The translations under genes and the position numbers were made by a program. 64,000 nt of DNA from an uncultured Nitrososphaerota archaeon (lineage in GTDB: Archaea > Thermoproteota > Nitrososphaeria > Nitrososphaerales > Gagatemarchaeaceae). How positions within the stretch are numbered: position 1 is the stretch's first letter; the number at the start of each line of letters is the position of its first letter. The notes under the pieces were generated by a model. It made no database searches and was not told the DNA's origin. It saw nothing but the letters and a program-made list of their open reading frames with translations. The stretch is from NCBI GenBank assembly GCA_963718895.1, contig CAVRAG010000008.1:1024001-1088000 (forward strand), given 5' to 3'. This document shows positions 1-9,342 of the stretch, in pieces.

Positions 1-2055
1 CTGCACGAGCTGGATGCCGACGAAGTACGTCTGAGTGCCCACGGCGAACGGGATGTACTGAACGGTGTTGTTCGCCGGGCGCTCATAGAACTGCGTCCCG
101 CCCCTGAAGACGAACGGGTCGCTCACGTGGTAGACGAAGTCGTAGTCCAGCTGACCAGGAACGGAAGGAGTCCCCAGCAGCTGCTCGGGGTACCGTATCT
201 GAGGCACGAGCCAGGCCGGAGGCGCCTGCCAGCTACTGTAGTAGTTCTGGTAGTACTGCGTGAGGAAGTCCGAGCTGTTCGTCCCTCCCATGAGATTTGA
301 GACCGTGTAGCCCTGCATCGACCCGTCCTGGATGTTCACCAATACCACCCCGAAGAACCGGAGGTAGGGGCTCGCGGAGAAGCCTGACTGGAGAGGGTAG
401 TTGATGTAGACCTGGACGGCATAGTAGAGGCTCTTCCCGTCAGAGACGATGTAGGCGGCGGGGTCCATGGTCAGGCCAGGGATGAGGATGTCCCCCACCC
501 TAGCGAAGATGTTCCTATTCCAGAGCATGTTGATTGACTCGCTCGAGAAGGCAAACCCGAGCTGCCCTTCCGCGAAGGTGAACCATAACGTCTTCTGCCA
601 GCCGCTCAGCGTGTAGTCCGGCGTCCCTGGATAGGCGACGTTCTGAATCTCGTCGTAGCCGGGCACGTGTACGTAGACGCTCTGGTTGAACCCCGCGCCT
701 TCTCCGTAGTAGATCAGGGGCTCGCTGGGTATGCCGAAGGCCGTCGTCGCGTTCACCACGGCCCCGGTGTGCGTGTTTATCACCAGTACCTTTGCCGCGT
801 GTGTGTAGATCAGATGCTCGCTGATCCAGTCCGTCGAAGGGAAGGTCGGCGTGGTCGGGGAGACCCAGTACTCCGTGCCGTTATAGAATACGATCTCCGA
901 GCTGGCGAGGCCCATCCAGTTGTATGCTCCTATCTCCTTGGTGTTCGTTACTGCGGCCGCGGTCTGGTCCCATTGCCTGACGAGGTTGAGGGTCGTGGTG
1001 GGGTTGCTGGTTGGCAGGGAGGTAATGTTGCTAACGTCGATGTTGTTCAACCCGGCCGACCACCTCGTCACGGTGATCTCCTTCTGGGTCTGGGGCGTCC
1101 ACTGGTAAGGGATGTAGTTGTTGTTCCAGTTGAAGAAGAGGTACGCTCCCGCGCCCACCTGAATCACGAGGACGATGGCAAAGACGACGGCGATGATCTT
1201 GAAGACGTTGACCCTCATCGCGAGAAGGTCTCTCCTCCGGGATGCGTAGAAGTAGCCCGTGACCGAGAAGGCGAAGAGGGTCCACGCTATCCCGTAGACG
1301 TAGGGCGTCGCTATGTTCATCAGCCAATACGGGGCTCCGATTATCACCTCGAGGATTATCGCCGCGGCGATGGCTAGCAGGTTCTTGATCCAGATCTCGC
1401 TCCTCCTCGTCGGTAGGTTGGTGAAGAACCGTAGCACCATCCTAATCGCGAAGATTAGCAGAAAGGCGGAGATCACATAGGAGGTGACGGCGTACTGGAC
1501 CTGCATGGCCGGCATGAGCGTGACGAGCTCCTGACCCGACGCTGGGAAGAGTGGAAGCACGAAGATTCTCGGCACGCTCGACCAGCTCCCGATGCCCATG
1601 GTCGCCATCATGATCGAGTTCATCGTCTCCCCGAGGAGCGGGACCCCGTGAACGGCCACGAACGCGTAGAAACCGAAAGCCCACTTGATCGTCTGCCAGA
1701 GAGCCCAGAGCCAGGTGTTCATCTTCCCGTCGCTCCTCGGTCTCTCCTCCTGCTCGAACTCGTCCCGCCTCATCCGCCTTCCCAGCACCTCGATCAGACC
1801 CCTCAGGTCGCTCCCTCCCACTTTGGGGTAGACCAAGAGTAACGCGAAGAGGGCCGCCGCTACGAAGACGTAGTCGTGGTAGAACGTGATGCCGAACCAG
1901 TTGAGGTCGGCCTTGGTCGAGTAGACCGACTCCGCGATCGACCACTGGAGGATGACCCAGGCGATCGAGAGGATTATGGTCACGCCTATGACGGCGAGCA
2001 GCACCCAGGTCAGCCCCCTGCCGAACCTGAATCTCCTAGGCTCCTCTGCTTCCAT
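1..2055 (-). CDS. UPF0182 (COG1615) family multi-pass membrane protein, runs off the left edge
   Basis: Manual translation from ATG at 2055 (MEAEEPRRFRFGRGLTWVLLAVIG...) gives many TM helices and UPF0182-like motifs WISEHLIYTH, DPAAYIVSDG, YLRFFGVVLVNIQDG, YPEQL. Not in the ORF track because it is open-ended; possible internal indel. Confidence 0.75.
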   Translation of the reverse strand, partial: MEAEEPRRFRFGRGLTWVLLAVIGVTIILSIAWVILQWSIAESVYSTKADLNWFGITFYHDYVFVAAALFALLLVYPKVGGSDLRGLIEVLGRRMRRDEFEQEERPRSDGKMNTWLWALWQTIKWAFGFYAFVAVHGVPLLGETMNSIMMATMGIGSWSSVPRIFVLPLFPASGQELVTLMPAMQVQYAVTSYVISAFLLIFAIRMVLRFFTNLPTRRSEIWIKNLLAIAAAIILEVIIGAPYWLMNIATPYVYGIAWTLFAFSVTGYFYASRRRDLLAMRVNVFKIIAVVFAIVLVIQVGAGAYLFFNWNNNYIPYQWTPQTQKEITVTRWSAGLNNIDVSNITSLPTSNPTTTLNLVRQWDQTAAAVTNTKEIGAYNWMGLASSEIVFYNGTEYWVSPTTPTFPSTDWISEHLIYTHAAKVLVINTHTGAVVNATTAFGIPSEPLIYYGEGAGFNQSVYVHVPGYDEIQNVAYPGTPDYTLSGWQKTLWFTFAEGQLGFAFSSESINMLWNRNIFARVGDILIPGLTMDPAAYIVSDGKSLYYAVQVYINYPLQSGFSASPYLRFFGVVLVNIQDGSMQGYTVSNLMGGTNSSDFLTQYYQNYYSSWQAPPAWLVPQIRYPEQLLGTPSVPGQLDYDFVYHVSDPFVFRGGTQFYERPANNTVQYIPFAVGTQTYFVGIQLVQ

Positions 2056-2342
2056 TCACAAGACAAGACGGATTGGGGCTATTTATTGATGGTTAGGCAA
2101 TCCCGGGAAAGCATGAGACCGGACATCTTCCAGACAGACATCGGGTCCTGATGCGAACAACCTGAGCGTCGAGCGGGACAAGCCGCCGGGAAGACCGGCG
2201 GGCGATCTGGATTCCAAGGGAATTCATATGAATCTCAAGTTAATCTCGAGATACGCTCCAAGAAGCTCGGGTCATGCATGGGTTCGCCGTACTCGCGACC
2301 TCACAAGGCAGGAAAGACGGACAGGTGGCTAGGCTCTAACTC

Positions 2343-2349
2343 TTTTAAC
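2343..2349 (+). promoter_or_regulatory. Archaeal TATA box of the tRNA gene
   Basis: TTTTAAC about 25-30 nt upstream of tRNA position 1. Confidence 0.55.
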
Positions 2350-2372
2350 CTGAGGCGATTAGGCGACCCCGT

Positions 2373-2508
2373 GGGCCGGTAGTCTAGTCTGGAAGGATAC
2401 AGCAGGGCGTCCAACCCCTTGGCAAGACAGACTCCCATAGTGGGGGAGGTCGGGGGTTCGAGTCTCATCGCCGAAGAGCGATGGGCGAATATCCCCCCCG
2501 GTCCACCA
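2373..2508 (+). tRNA. tRNA-Ala(GGC) with three introns (27/28: 2401-2414; 37/38: 2425-2440; 59/60: 2463-2491), CCA encoded
   Basis: Spliced sequence GGGCCGGTAGTCTAGTCTGGAAGGATAC-CCCCTTGGCA-TGGGGGAGGTCGGGGGTTCGAG-TCCCCCCCGGTCCACCA folds as a cloverleaf with G3:U70, A73 and anticodon GGC. Each intron junction forms a BHB-type motif. Confidence 0.92.
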
Positions 2509-2629
2509 AATTTCTCCGACTCTGCAGTTTGACGATTGCGTCTCTGGGACAGGTTCGCCAGATGAAAGCGTGTTCAAGCTCCTTAAGAGTCTCCTGATGT
2601 GCATGGTCGCACAGGTCAGGTGATATGGC

Positions 2630-3622
2630 GTGAGAGACGTAGCCATCGAAAATAGAGAGGTGACATGGAAGGTTCTTGACCTCCCAGTTTATGGAACCAT
2701 CACGGCGCCAGCCGACGGCGGGGTTCACCCCGCAGTTGTGTTCGTCGCAGGTAGCGGCCCAACCGACAGGGACTGGTGTTCGCCTCTCCTTCCTGGATCC
2801 AACGGGAGCGCCAAGCTCTTGGCCGAATCTCTCGCAAGCCAGGGCTTTCTCACCCTGCGCTACGACAAACTTGCCTCTGGACCGCACGTCAAAGAGAACT
2901 TGGCCAGATTTGCGGGCAAGCTAAGCATGCAAACTCACATGGACGAACTGTCGGGGGCCGTCGAGACGGCGGTCTCTGAGAAGAGCGTGGACAAGGATAG
3001 GCTCTATGTGCTGACGAACAGCGAAGGCGCCATACATGCGGTGAACTACCAGCTTCAGGCAAAGGGCAATCGCTTCAGTGGACTGGTGCTGACCGGAGTC
3101 CCTGGAAGGGCGATTGGTCCGGTGGGTCGCAGCCAGATTCTCAGTCAAGTCAGATACCTGCCCGACGCGGAGGGAATCATGAAGCACTACGACCAAGCCA
3201 TCGCGGACTTTCTGTCCGGTAGGCCGATGGTCATGGATCCGTCCCTTCCCGAAGGCTTAAGGCTGGTGCTGCACAGTCTGGAGAATCCAAACAATCTTCC
3301 GTTTGCTCGAGAGTTGTGGACCTACAGCCTGCCAGAATTCATCGCAAAAGTCAGCAATCCCATGCTGATCCTGATCGGCAAGAAGGACCTTCAAATCGAC
3401 TGGAAGGTGGACGGAGCAGCACTGGAGACGGCCACCGCCCAAGAAAGGGCTGCGTCGTTTGCCTATCCGGAAGACGCCAACCACGTACTGAAGCACGAGG
3501 AGAAACCCATGGAGGAACTCACCGCCCAATACGTCGGTCTACACTACAATGCCCCAGACGCAGAGCTTGATGAGGAAGCCGCCGCTGCTATCTTGGACTG
3601 GCTGGCCAGGCACAGCAACTAG
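2630..3622 (+). CDS. Alpha/beta hydrolase (serine aminopeptidase-like)
   Basis: GSGPTDRD motif, RYDK, nucleophile elbow TNSEG, GKKDLQI, ANHVLK. Confidence 0.85.
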   Translation: MRDVAIENREVTWKVLDLPVYGTITAPADGGVHPAVVFVAGSGPTDRDWCSPLLPGSNGSAKLLAESLASQGFLTLRYDKLASGPHVKENLARFAGKLSMQTHMDELSGAVETAVSEKSVDKDRLYVLTNSEGAIHAVNYQLQAKGNRFSGLVLTGVPGRAIGPVGRSQILSQVRYLPDAEGIMKHYDQAIADFLSGRPMVMDPSLPEGLRLVLHSLENPNNLPFARELWTYSLPEFIAKVSNPMLILIGKKDLQIDWKVDGAALETATAQERAASFAYPEDANHVLKHEEKPMEELTAQYVGLHYNAPDAELDEEAAAAILDWLARHSN

Positions 3623-3637
3623 GGAGCGAGCGAGCGG

Positions 3638-4015
3638 TCACTTTTCGGACTTCTCTCGTTCCTTGATATCCTCCTCTATCTTCCTGGCCCCTCCTTCGAC
3701 ACGCTCTAGCCCCTCCCTCCAGACCATCGCCAGTATCGGTCCAAGCGTAAAGACGAGTGAAGTTATCACCGAACCGACTGAGACGAAAGCCATGATCGAA
3801 GCGAAGATCTTCCCAGCGTCGGTGTTCAGCTGGAGAGGGGGCCCCTGTCCCGTCGCGAGCATGCTCTCGAAGTAGAGAGCGTTGACGTAGTTCATCCCTT
3901 CCAAGAGGTGGAACCCGATGATCCCGACAATCATCACCAACACTATCCCGCAGATGGCGTAGACAGCTCTCCTCAGCGCCGTCTGAGTGTAGATTGGCTG
4001 ACTAGGCGAACTCAT
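3638..4015 (-). CDS. Small 2-TM ion-channel-like protein (Ion_trans_2-like)
   Basis: TM, then EGMNYVNALYFESMLATGQGP pore-helix-like segment, TDAGKIFAS and a second TM. Confidence 0.7.
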   Translation of the reverse strand: MSSPSQPIYTQTALRRAVYAICGIVLVMIVGIIGFHLLEGMNYVNALYFESMLATGQGPPLQLNTDAGKIFASIMAFVSVGSVITSLVFTLGPILAMVWREGLERVEGGARKIEEDIKEREKSEK

Positions 4016-4078
4016 GGACCTCGAAGGGCCTGTTCCTGATAAATACCTAGCGAACAGGTCTAGGCAGCCTACGAGTCC

Positions 4079-4921
4079 CTAGTTGAACTCTTTTCTCTCG
4101 AAGAGAAAGAGGCCGACGACTGCCCCCAGAACCAGGTACACCACCATGATTGCCAACCCTTCTGGGACGGTAGCGTTGTAGGTGGGGAATGAGAAGCGTG
4201 CCCCTGGCCCCGTGGTGACGGCGGCAATGAAGTGCTGCGGATACGGGTTCATCAGGATGTTCCCGATGATGCCCTCTGCGTAGGATATGGAGAACCAGGG
4301 TTCTATCTTGATTAGGATCGTGGACAACTCGTCTACGACGGTGAAGACGAAAAGGAAGAGGATTACCGTTAGGAGTATCGAGATCGACGTGGTCTTGAAT
4401 AGGGAGCTGAACATGAACGTCACGCCGAGAGCCGTCAGAAGATAGAACCATGCGAAGAGGAAGGACTCTGCGAACTCAGTCGGCACGCCCATGCCGTAGT
4501 AGAGTGCGTTCGCTATGGTGATGGCCGCGAAGAGCGCGAGGATGAGCGTCGACGCGATGAACGCTGCCAGGTACTTCCCTATGTAGATGGTGGACCTTCG
4601 CACCGGGTTCGGGACCAGGAAGTAGCCGGTCTTGTTCTGGAACTCCCCCGCGATGGCGTCGCCCCCGAAGAAGACGACCGTAAGCAGAATCAATATGCTG
4701 ATGAAGCCGCCCCACCACGTGCCGTAGAACGCGAGCGGAGAGACCAGGAAGACCTGGGAACGGGTGTATGCGACCGCCACCGTCAGAGCGAGGTTGACGA
4801 GGATGACGATGAGCGCCATAACTAGGAACCTCCTCGCCCGGAAGTAGTTCAGGAAGGAGTACTTCGTGATAATCCCGAGCTGGGTGAAGGTTGAGGCTGT
4901 TCCCCTTTGAGCGTCAGTCAT
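4079..4921 (-). CDS. ABC-2 type transporter permease
   Basis: 6 TM; GDAIAGEFQNKTGYFLVPNPVRRSTIYIGK motif. Confidence 0.9.
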   Translation of the reverse strand: MTDAQRGTASTFTQLGIITKYSFLNYFRARRFLVMALIVILVNLALTVAVAYTRSQVFLVSPLAFYGTWWGGFISILILLTVVFFGGDAIAGEFQNKTGYFLVPNPVRRSTIYIGKYLAAFIASTLILALFAAITIANALYYGMGVPTEFAESFLFAWFYLLTALGVTFMFSSLFKTTSISILLTVILFLFVFTVVDELSTILIKIEPWFSISYAEGIIGNILMNPYPQHFIAAVTTGPGARFSFPTYNATVPEGLAIMVVYLVLGAVVGLFLFERKEFN

Positions 4922-4922
4922 G

Positions 4923-5870
4923 CTAGAGCGTCTCCTTGATCAGGTTGAGATAGACGTCCTCCAGTGCAGATGCCGCCGGTCTGTAGCTGACGACCTGCAG
5001 GTTCTGTTTCAGGAGCGCAGAGAGTATGCTCGCCTGTGCCTCTGGACCTCCCGTGAACCGGATCCTGACGTTCTTCGAGTCGATTCCCTCGGCGCCTACG
5101 ACGCCCGGAATCTTCGATATGGTGGAGGAGATGAGCGACGGGTCGAGCGGCCTCAGCAGGCCCGCATCTACGATGTTCGCGTCTCCAGAGAACCTTGTCG
5201 TCACGTTCGGGAGCGTGTCGTACACGATGAGCTTGCCGTGGTCGATTATCGCCACCTCGTCGCAGACCTCCGACACCTCGCTCAGGATGTGGGAGCTCAT
5301 GAAGATCAGCCTCTTCTGGCTCTTCAGGGATTTCACGATGTCCCTCACCTCGCTCATCCCACGGGGGTCGAGGCCCGTGCTGGGCTCGTCCAGTAGCAGT
5401 ATCGTCGGATCGTTGATTAGCGAAGAAGCGATGTCAACCCGCTGCTTCATTCCCTTGGAGAACTTGCCCACCCGCTTGTCCAGCCACTCTGTCATGCGCA
5501 CCTGAGCCATAGCGTCCTCTATCCGCTTCTTCCTCTCCGCCCTCGGGACTCCACGGATCTCGGCTATCATGCTCAGAGCCTCCCTCGGTGTCAGCGAGGG
5601 GTAGATCTCTGGCGTCTCTATCAGGGTCCCGACCGACTCAAGGGCCGCCTTCTTGTTGGTGTGGGCATTCTCTCCGTTGATGAACGCCTGGCCCGAGGAG
5701 GGTTTTATCAGGTCGGTGAGCATCTTCAGCGTGGTCGTCTTGCCGGCACCGTTTGGACCTAGGAAACCGACGCACTTCGCCCCCTCGATTTTGAGGTTGA
5801 GGTTCGAGACCGCCGTAAAAGAGCCGTAGGCCTTCGAGAGGTTGACTATGTCGATTGATGGGTTTGTCAT
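4923..5870 (-). CDS. ABC transporter ATP-binding protein
   Basis: GPNGAGKTT, FSKGMKQR, LLLDEPSTGLDP, SSH. Confidence 0.95.
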   Translation of the reverse strand: MTNPSIDIVNLSKAYGSFTAVSNLNLKIEGAKCVGFLGPNGAGKTTTLKMLTDLIKPSSGQAFINGENAHTNKKAALESVGTLIETPEIYPSLTPREALSMIAEIRGVPRAERKKRIEDAMAQVRMTEWLDKRVGKFSKGMKQRVDIASSLINDPTILLLDEPSTGLDPRGMSEVRDIVKSLKSQKRLIFMSSHILSEVSEVCDEVAIIDHGKLIVYDTLPNVTTRFSGDANIVDAGLLRPLDPSLISSTISKIPGVVGAEGIDSKNVRIRFTGGPEAQASILSALLKQNLQVVSYRPAASALEDVYLNLIKETL

Positions 5871-5887
5871 GCGGCTCTACCCTTGTG

Positions 5888-7003
5888 CTATTGGCCGATA
5901 CCGAGGGTGTTGCCTATGCCTGCGATGAGCACCTTGTCGCCTTCCTTCGTCCTCTCGTCGATCAGGTGCCTCACCATGACGACCGACTTGTCCACCGCGT
6001 CGGCCAGCTCCTTCCTCATCGCAGTCAGCGTCTCGACGTCGCCCTGCTTGATCAGGATCGCGTAGACCGGGATGTGGTGCCTTGCGGAGACCTCCTCGAT
6101 GTCGAACTTCTCGACGCCCAATCCGCCTATGGCAGCGCCGACTCCCTGGGCGATCTCGCCGCTCTGCTCCCCCTCGAACTTCTGGGCGGCGTCGACCATG
6201 ACGATCAGGTTGAGCGGGACCGACATCTCCTCGACTAGGCGTTGGAGGCCGACGTGTGGTTCACCAACGTATCCCATCGGGCCCTCGGCCTTCATGACGT
6301 AGACCGTCCTCCCGTTGTACTCTGTCTTCGCCATGACAGTGTCCTTGGCGATCCTCTGGGTCGGCGCGCCGTTGATTAGCTTTGAAGCGAGCAGGGGGCC
6401 GACTCCGTCCCCAATCGGCTGCGCGAGCTTGAAGGTCTCCGTCGCCTTGGAGAGCGCTCCGGCCATCTCCATTATCTGGGGCAGGACCATCTGGAGCTGG
6501 AATATCGCGATGAAGGAGTTCGTTTTCTTGCTGGTCAGGTAGTAGTGTCTCACAACCTTGTGGATGATGTTCAGCGTGCTGGAGATCTCCACAAGATTGG
6601 CGGCAACCGAGACTTTGACCGGGTCGTCCGTCCCGAGAAGAGCCTGGACCTCGGACCTGACCCTCTCCTCGCCGGTCTTGGTGATGTGCTCGAGCTTGTT
6701 GACCAGCCCGGCCGGGTCCATGCTCACCGGCGGTATCGTGACGTATTCCAGGAACTGGGTGAGGCGCTCAGAGACGCCCTGGCTGTTCTTCGTGATTCCG
6801 AGGAAATAGTCCATGGTCTGCTTCACCGAGGTGTCCTTCATCACCACGAGCTTCTTCAGGGACCTCGTGACGCTCGTCTCGGCCACGTAGAACTGAATCC
6901 TCTGACCGTACATCATGAAGACGAAGAAGAATCCGTAGGTGATGAAGGTGACGACGGTACTTAGGCTGACGCCCGGAAAGAGGCTCGAAACGGTGCTAGA
7001 CAA
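5888..7003 (-). CDS. DUF1512 family archaeal conserved protein
   Basis: PIGDGVGPL, VDAAQKFEGE, GIGNTLGIGQ C-terminus typical of this TACK family. Confidence 0.75.
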   Translation of the reverse strand: MSSTVSSLFPGVSLSTVVTFITYGFFFVFMMYGQRIQFYVAETSVTRSLKKLVVMKDTSVKQTMDYFLGITKNSQGVSERLTQFLEYVTIPPVSMDPAGLVNKLEHITKTGEERVRSEVQALLGTDDPVKVSVAANLVEISSTLNIIHKVVRHYYLTSKKTNSFIAIFQLQMVLPQIMEMAGALSKATETFKLAQPIGDGVGPLLASKLINGAPTQRIAKDTVMAKTEYNGRTVYVMKAEGPMGYVGEPHVGLQRLVEEMSVPLNLIVMVDAAQKFEGEQSGEIAQGVGAAIGGLGVEKFDIEEVSARHHIPVYAILIKQGDVETLTAMRKELADAVDKSVVMVRHLIDERTKEGDKVLIAGIGNTLGIGQ

Positions 7004-7126
7004 GTGGGAAACTCTTTGGTTTTGGGAAAACTCTGGCTATTTAACGATATTGATACCGATATAGTATCTCAGAAGGGGGCTCTCTCGGTGATCCGAGTCT
7101 CGGAGACGAACGCAGACGCGCCAAGG

Positions 7127-7522
7127 CTACTTCAGTGGGACGTAGAGGCTCGAGCGGCTCGCGCCGATGCCTGGGGTCCCGTGGACGACCTTCTTGTTGG
7201 TGATCACGTATTCGCCAAGGTAGTGGCCTATCATGTCCGGCTTGATCTCGAGGGCCACGAACTCCTTCCCGCTGTGCACGCTTATCTTCGCTCCAACCAT
7301 GACGGGGAGGATGATCATGTCCCTCGCATGAGTCCGAATGGCGCTCTCCAGCTTGCCATCCTTCTGAGCACGGATGTCTTCTAGCAGCTTCCTCTTGTCG
7401 TCGGAGATGCCCCTGTTGAGCGACCTTCTCGCCCTCGATGGCAGCAGCTGAAGAATGGCCTCGGTCGACATCGAGTTGAGCTGGTCCAGCGAGTAGCCGC
7501 GGTACCTGAACTCCTTCGGCAT
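7127..7522 (-). CDS. rps19: 30S ribosomal protein uS19
   Basis: [39 protein letters not shown]. Confidence 0.98.
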   Translation of the reverse strand: MPKEFRYRGYSLDQLNSMSTEAILQLLPSRARRSLNRGISDDKRKLLEDIRAQKDGKLESAIRTHARDMIILPVMVGAKISVHSGKEFVALEIKPDMIGHYLGEYVITNKKVVHGTPGIGASRSSLYVPLK

Positions 7523-8269
7523 CTACCTCTCTACCTCCGTGCTCGCCCTCGCCAACCGTTTCCTGCCGGTCTTTCGGGGAGCTATAAGCCCTACCTTTCT
7601 TCCCGGAGGAGCGTTCCTCGAGGTGCTGGTGGACTTGCCCGGGTGCTGGTGCCTGCCTCCTCCGAACGGGTGGTAGACGACCGCCATCGCGATTCCTCTC
7701 ATCCTCGGATACGGCCTGCCAGACGCCTGCATAGCATGATATCTCGGGCCTGCACGCATGAAAGGCTTCTCGAGCCTTCCTCCGCCCGCTATCTCGCCGA
7801 CCGTCGCCCTGCACTTCTCGTCGACCAGTATGCTCTTCCCCGACGGGAGTCTTAGTATCGCCTTGCCGTTACCCTTGGAGAAGAGAACGGCCGAACCGCC
7901 CGATGCCCTGACCAGTTTCCCGCCGTCGCCGGCCCTGAGCTCGATGTTGGAGATTCTGGTGCCTTCTGGGATTGTCTGAAGCGGGAGGATGTTTCCGGTC
8001 GAGGCTGGCGCCTGCGACCCGAGCGAGATCTGGTTTCCCACCGTGAGACCGCTCACGGCCGGGATGTAAGCGTAGTTCCCGGTGCCGTACTCTAGCTGGG
8101 CGAGAGGCGCCGTCCGACCCCGCTCGTCCAGAATCGCCTTCACGAGAAGCTTCTGCTCGCCTTCTGTCGGAAGGTTGGGATACCTGACTGGGGCAATCTT
8201 GCCCTTGTGTGGAACGCGCCACTGTATGCCGCCCTTTCCCCGTCTTCTCTGTAGAATTCGTTTGCCCAA
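7523..8269 (-). CDS. rpl2: 50S ribosomal protein uL2
   Basis: MGKRILQRRRGKG, HPFGGGRHQHPGK, APPGRKVGLIAPRKTG. Confidence 0.98.
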   Translation of the reverse strand: MGKRILQRRRGKGGIQWRVPHKGKIAPVRYPNLPTEGEQKLLVKAILDERGRTAPLAQLEYGTGNYAYIPAVSGLTVGNQISLGSQAPASTGNILPLQTIPEGTRISNIELRAGDGGKLVRASGGSAVLFSKGNGKAILRLPSGKSILVDEKCRATVGEIAGGGRLEKPFMRAGPRYHAMQASGRPYPRMRGIAMAVVYHPFGGGRHQHPGKSTSTSRNAPPGRKVGLIAPRKTGRKRLARASTEVER

Positions 8270-8273
8270 CTTG

Positions 8274-8540
8274 TTACACCAATCCCAGTTTTGTCGCTAG
8301 CGTCGCTGCGGAGCTCTCCTCCGTCAGCCGCACGAAGGCCTTCTTTCCGGTCAGGGTCCTGGTCGTGTTGACCGTCTCGACCTTGACCTCATAGAGAGCC
8401 TCTACGGCGCCGGCGATCTGCGTCTTCGAGGCAGAGTCCAGCACTATGAAGCAGAGCTTGTTCTCTCGCTCTATCTGCTCGAAGGTCCTCTCTGTGAGAT
8501 AGGGCCTCAGGACTATCTTCTGAGCGTCTTCAAGCCTCAA
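8274..8540 (-). CDS. rpl23: 50S ribosomal protein uL23
   Basis: ENKLCFIV, KVETVNT, GKKAFVRL, ATKLGLV. Confidence 0.97.
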   Translation of the reverse strand: MRLEDAQKIVLRPYLTERTFEQIERENKLCFIVLDSASKTQIAGAVEALYEVKVETVNTTRTLTGKKAFVRLTEESSAATLATKLGLV

Positions 8541-9342
8541 GCTTCATCTCAACTCCTTTCGTCCTAGACCGCAGCACGTCGAACGACGATTCTGTCCAGA
8601 ATGTGAGCCTCCCCGCCACGCCCGCTGGCGCCAGGTGGAGCACACTGAGGCTGTCCACTGTGACGACCTTGGCTCCGGGTATCGCCTCCGCGGCCTTGCC
8701 GACGCCTCGGTCGTTCGTGACGACGATGAGAGGTCCAATCGGCTCCTTGTAGGCGCGTCCGCGCATCCTCGGCTTGCCCGACCGTCTCTTCACTCCGCCA
8801 TAGAGGCGCTTCAGCTCGTCGGTGAGCCCGACCTTCTCGAAGAACGAGTGGAGCTCCGAGGTCTTTGAGATGCTCTCTATGTCGTCGGTGACGACCAGCG
8901 GGAACCCCAGGGTGCCGACCCTGTGGCCCCTCCATGCGACTGCGTTCGCGTCGCCCGTGAACGCGATCGCGGTCTCGAGTGCCAGCTTCTTCTCCTTCTT
9001 GTTGATCTTGTTGTAGATTACCTTCTCGGACTTCGGAGGATGCGGCAGCCTTCCGCCCACGACGCTGGCGACGCCTGCGGCCTGCCCTGCCCGCCGACTC
9101 CGTTCCCCCTTGACCCGCGGAATCCTCGATATCCCACGCCCAGTCGGTGGCCATCCGCTCTCGGCGCTCGTCTTCTCTCCAGCTTCAGGGTCTCTTCCGT
9201 AGGCCTGGAGTCCGTGGGACCTCAGTATCCAGAACGCCCTGATGATGATGTCCGGCCGGAGAGGCCGGGAGAAGACGTCGGGAACCTCGATTTCCTTGGT
9301 CGGCTTGCCTTCCAGGTCCAGGATGTTGGCCATTTCGCTCAT
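8530..9342 (-). CDS. rpl4: 50S ribosomal protein uL4
   Basis: RPDII, TSAES, GRGISRIPR, KINKKEK, LHLAPAGVAGRLTFWTES. Confidence 0.98.
   Translation of the reverse strand: MSEMANILDLEGKPTKEIEVPDVFSRPLRPDIIIRAFWILRSHGLQAYGRDPEAGEKTSAESGWPPTGRGISRIPRVKGERSRRAGQAAGVASVVGGRLPHPPKSEKVIYNKINKKEKKLALETAIAFTGDANAVAWRGHRVGTLGFPLVVTDDIESISKTSELHSFFEKVGLTDELKRLYGGVKRRSGKPRMRGRAYKEPIGPLIVVTNDRGVGKAAEAIPGAKVVTVDSLSVLHLAPAGVAGRLTFWTESSFDVLRSRTKGVEMKLEA

Noticed and set aside
2110-2170. Possible C/D-box or hairpin sRNA upstream of the tRNA (CTGA boxes, GCAT...ATGC ends)
   Set aside because: No proper RUGAUGA C box and only weak pairing; unsupported
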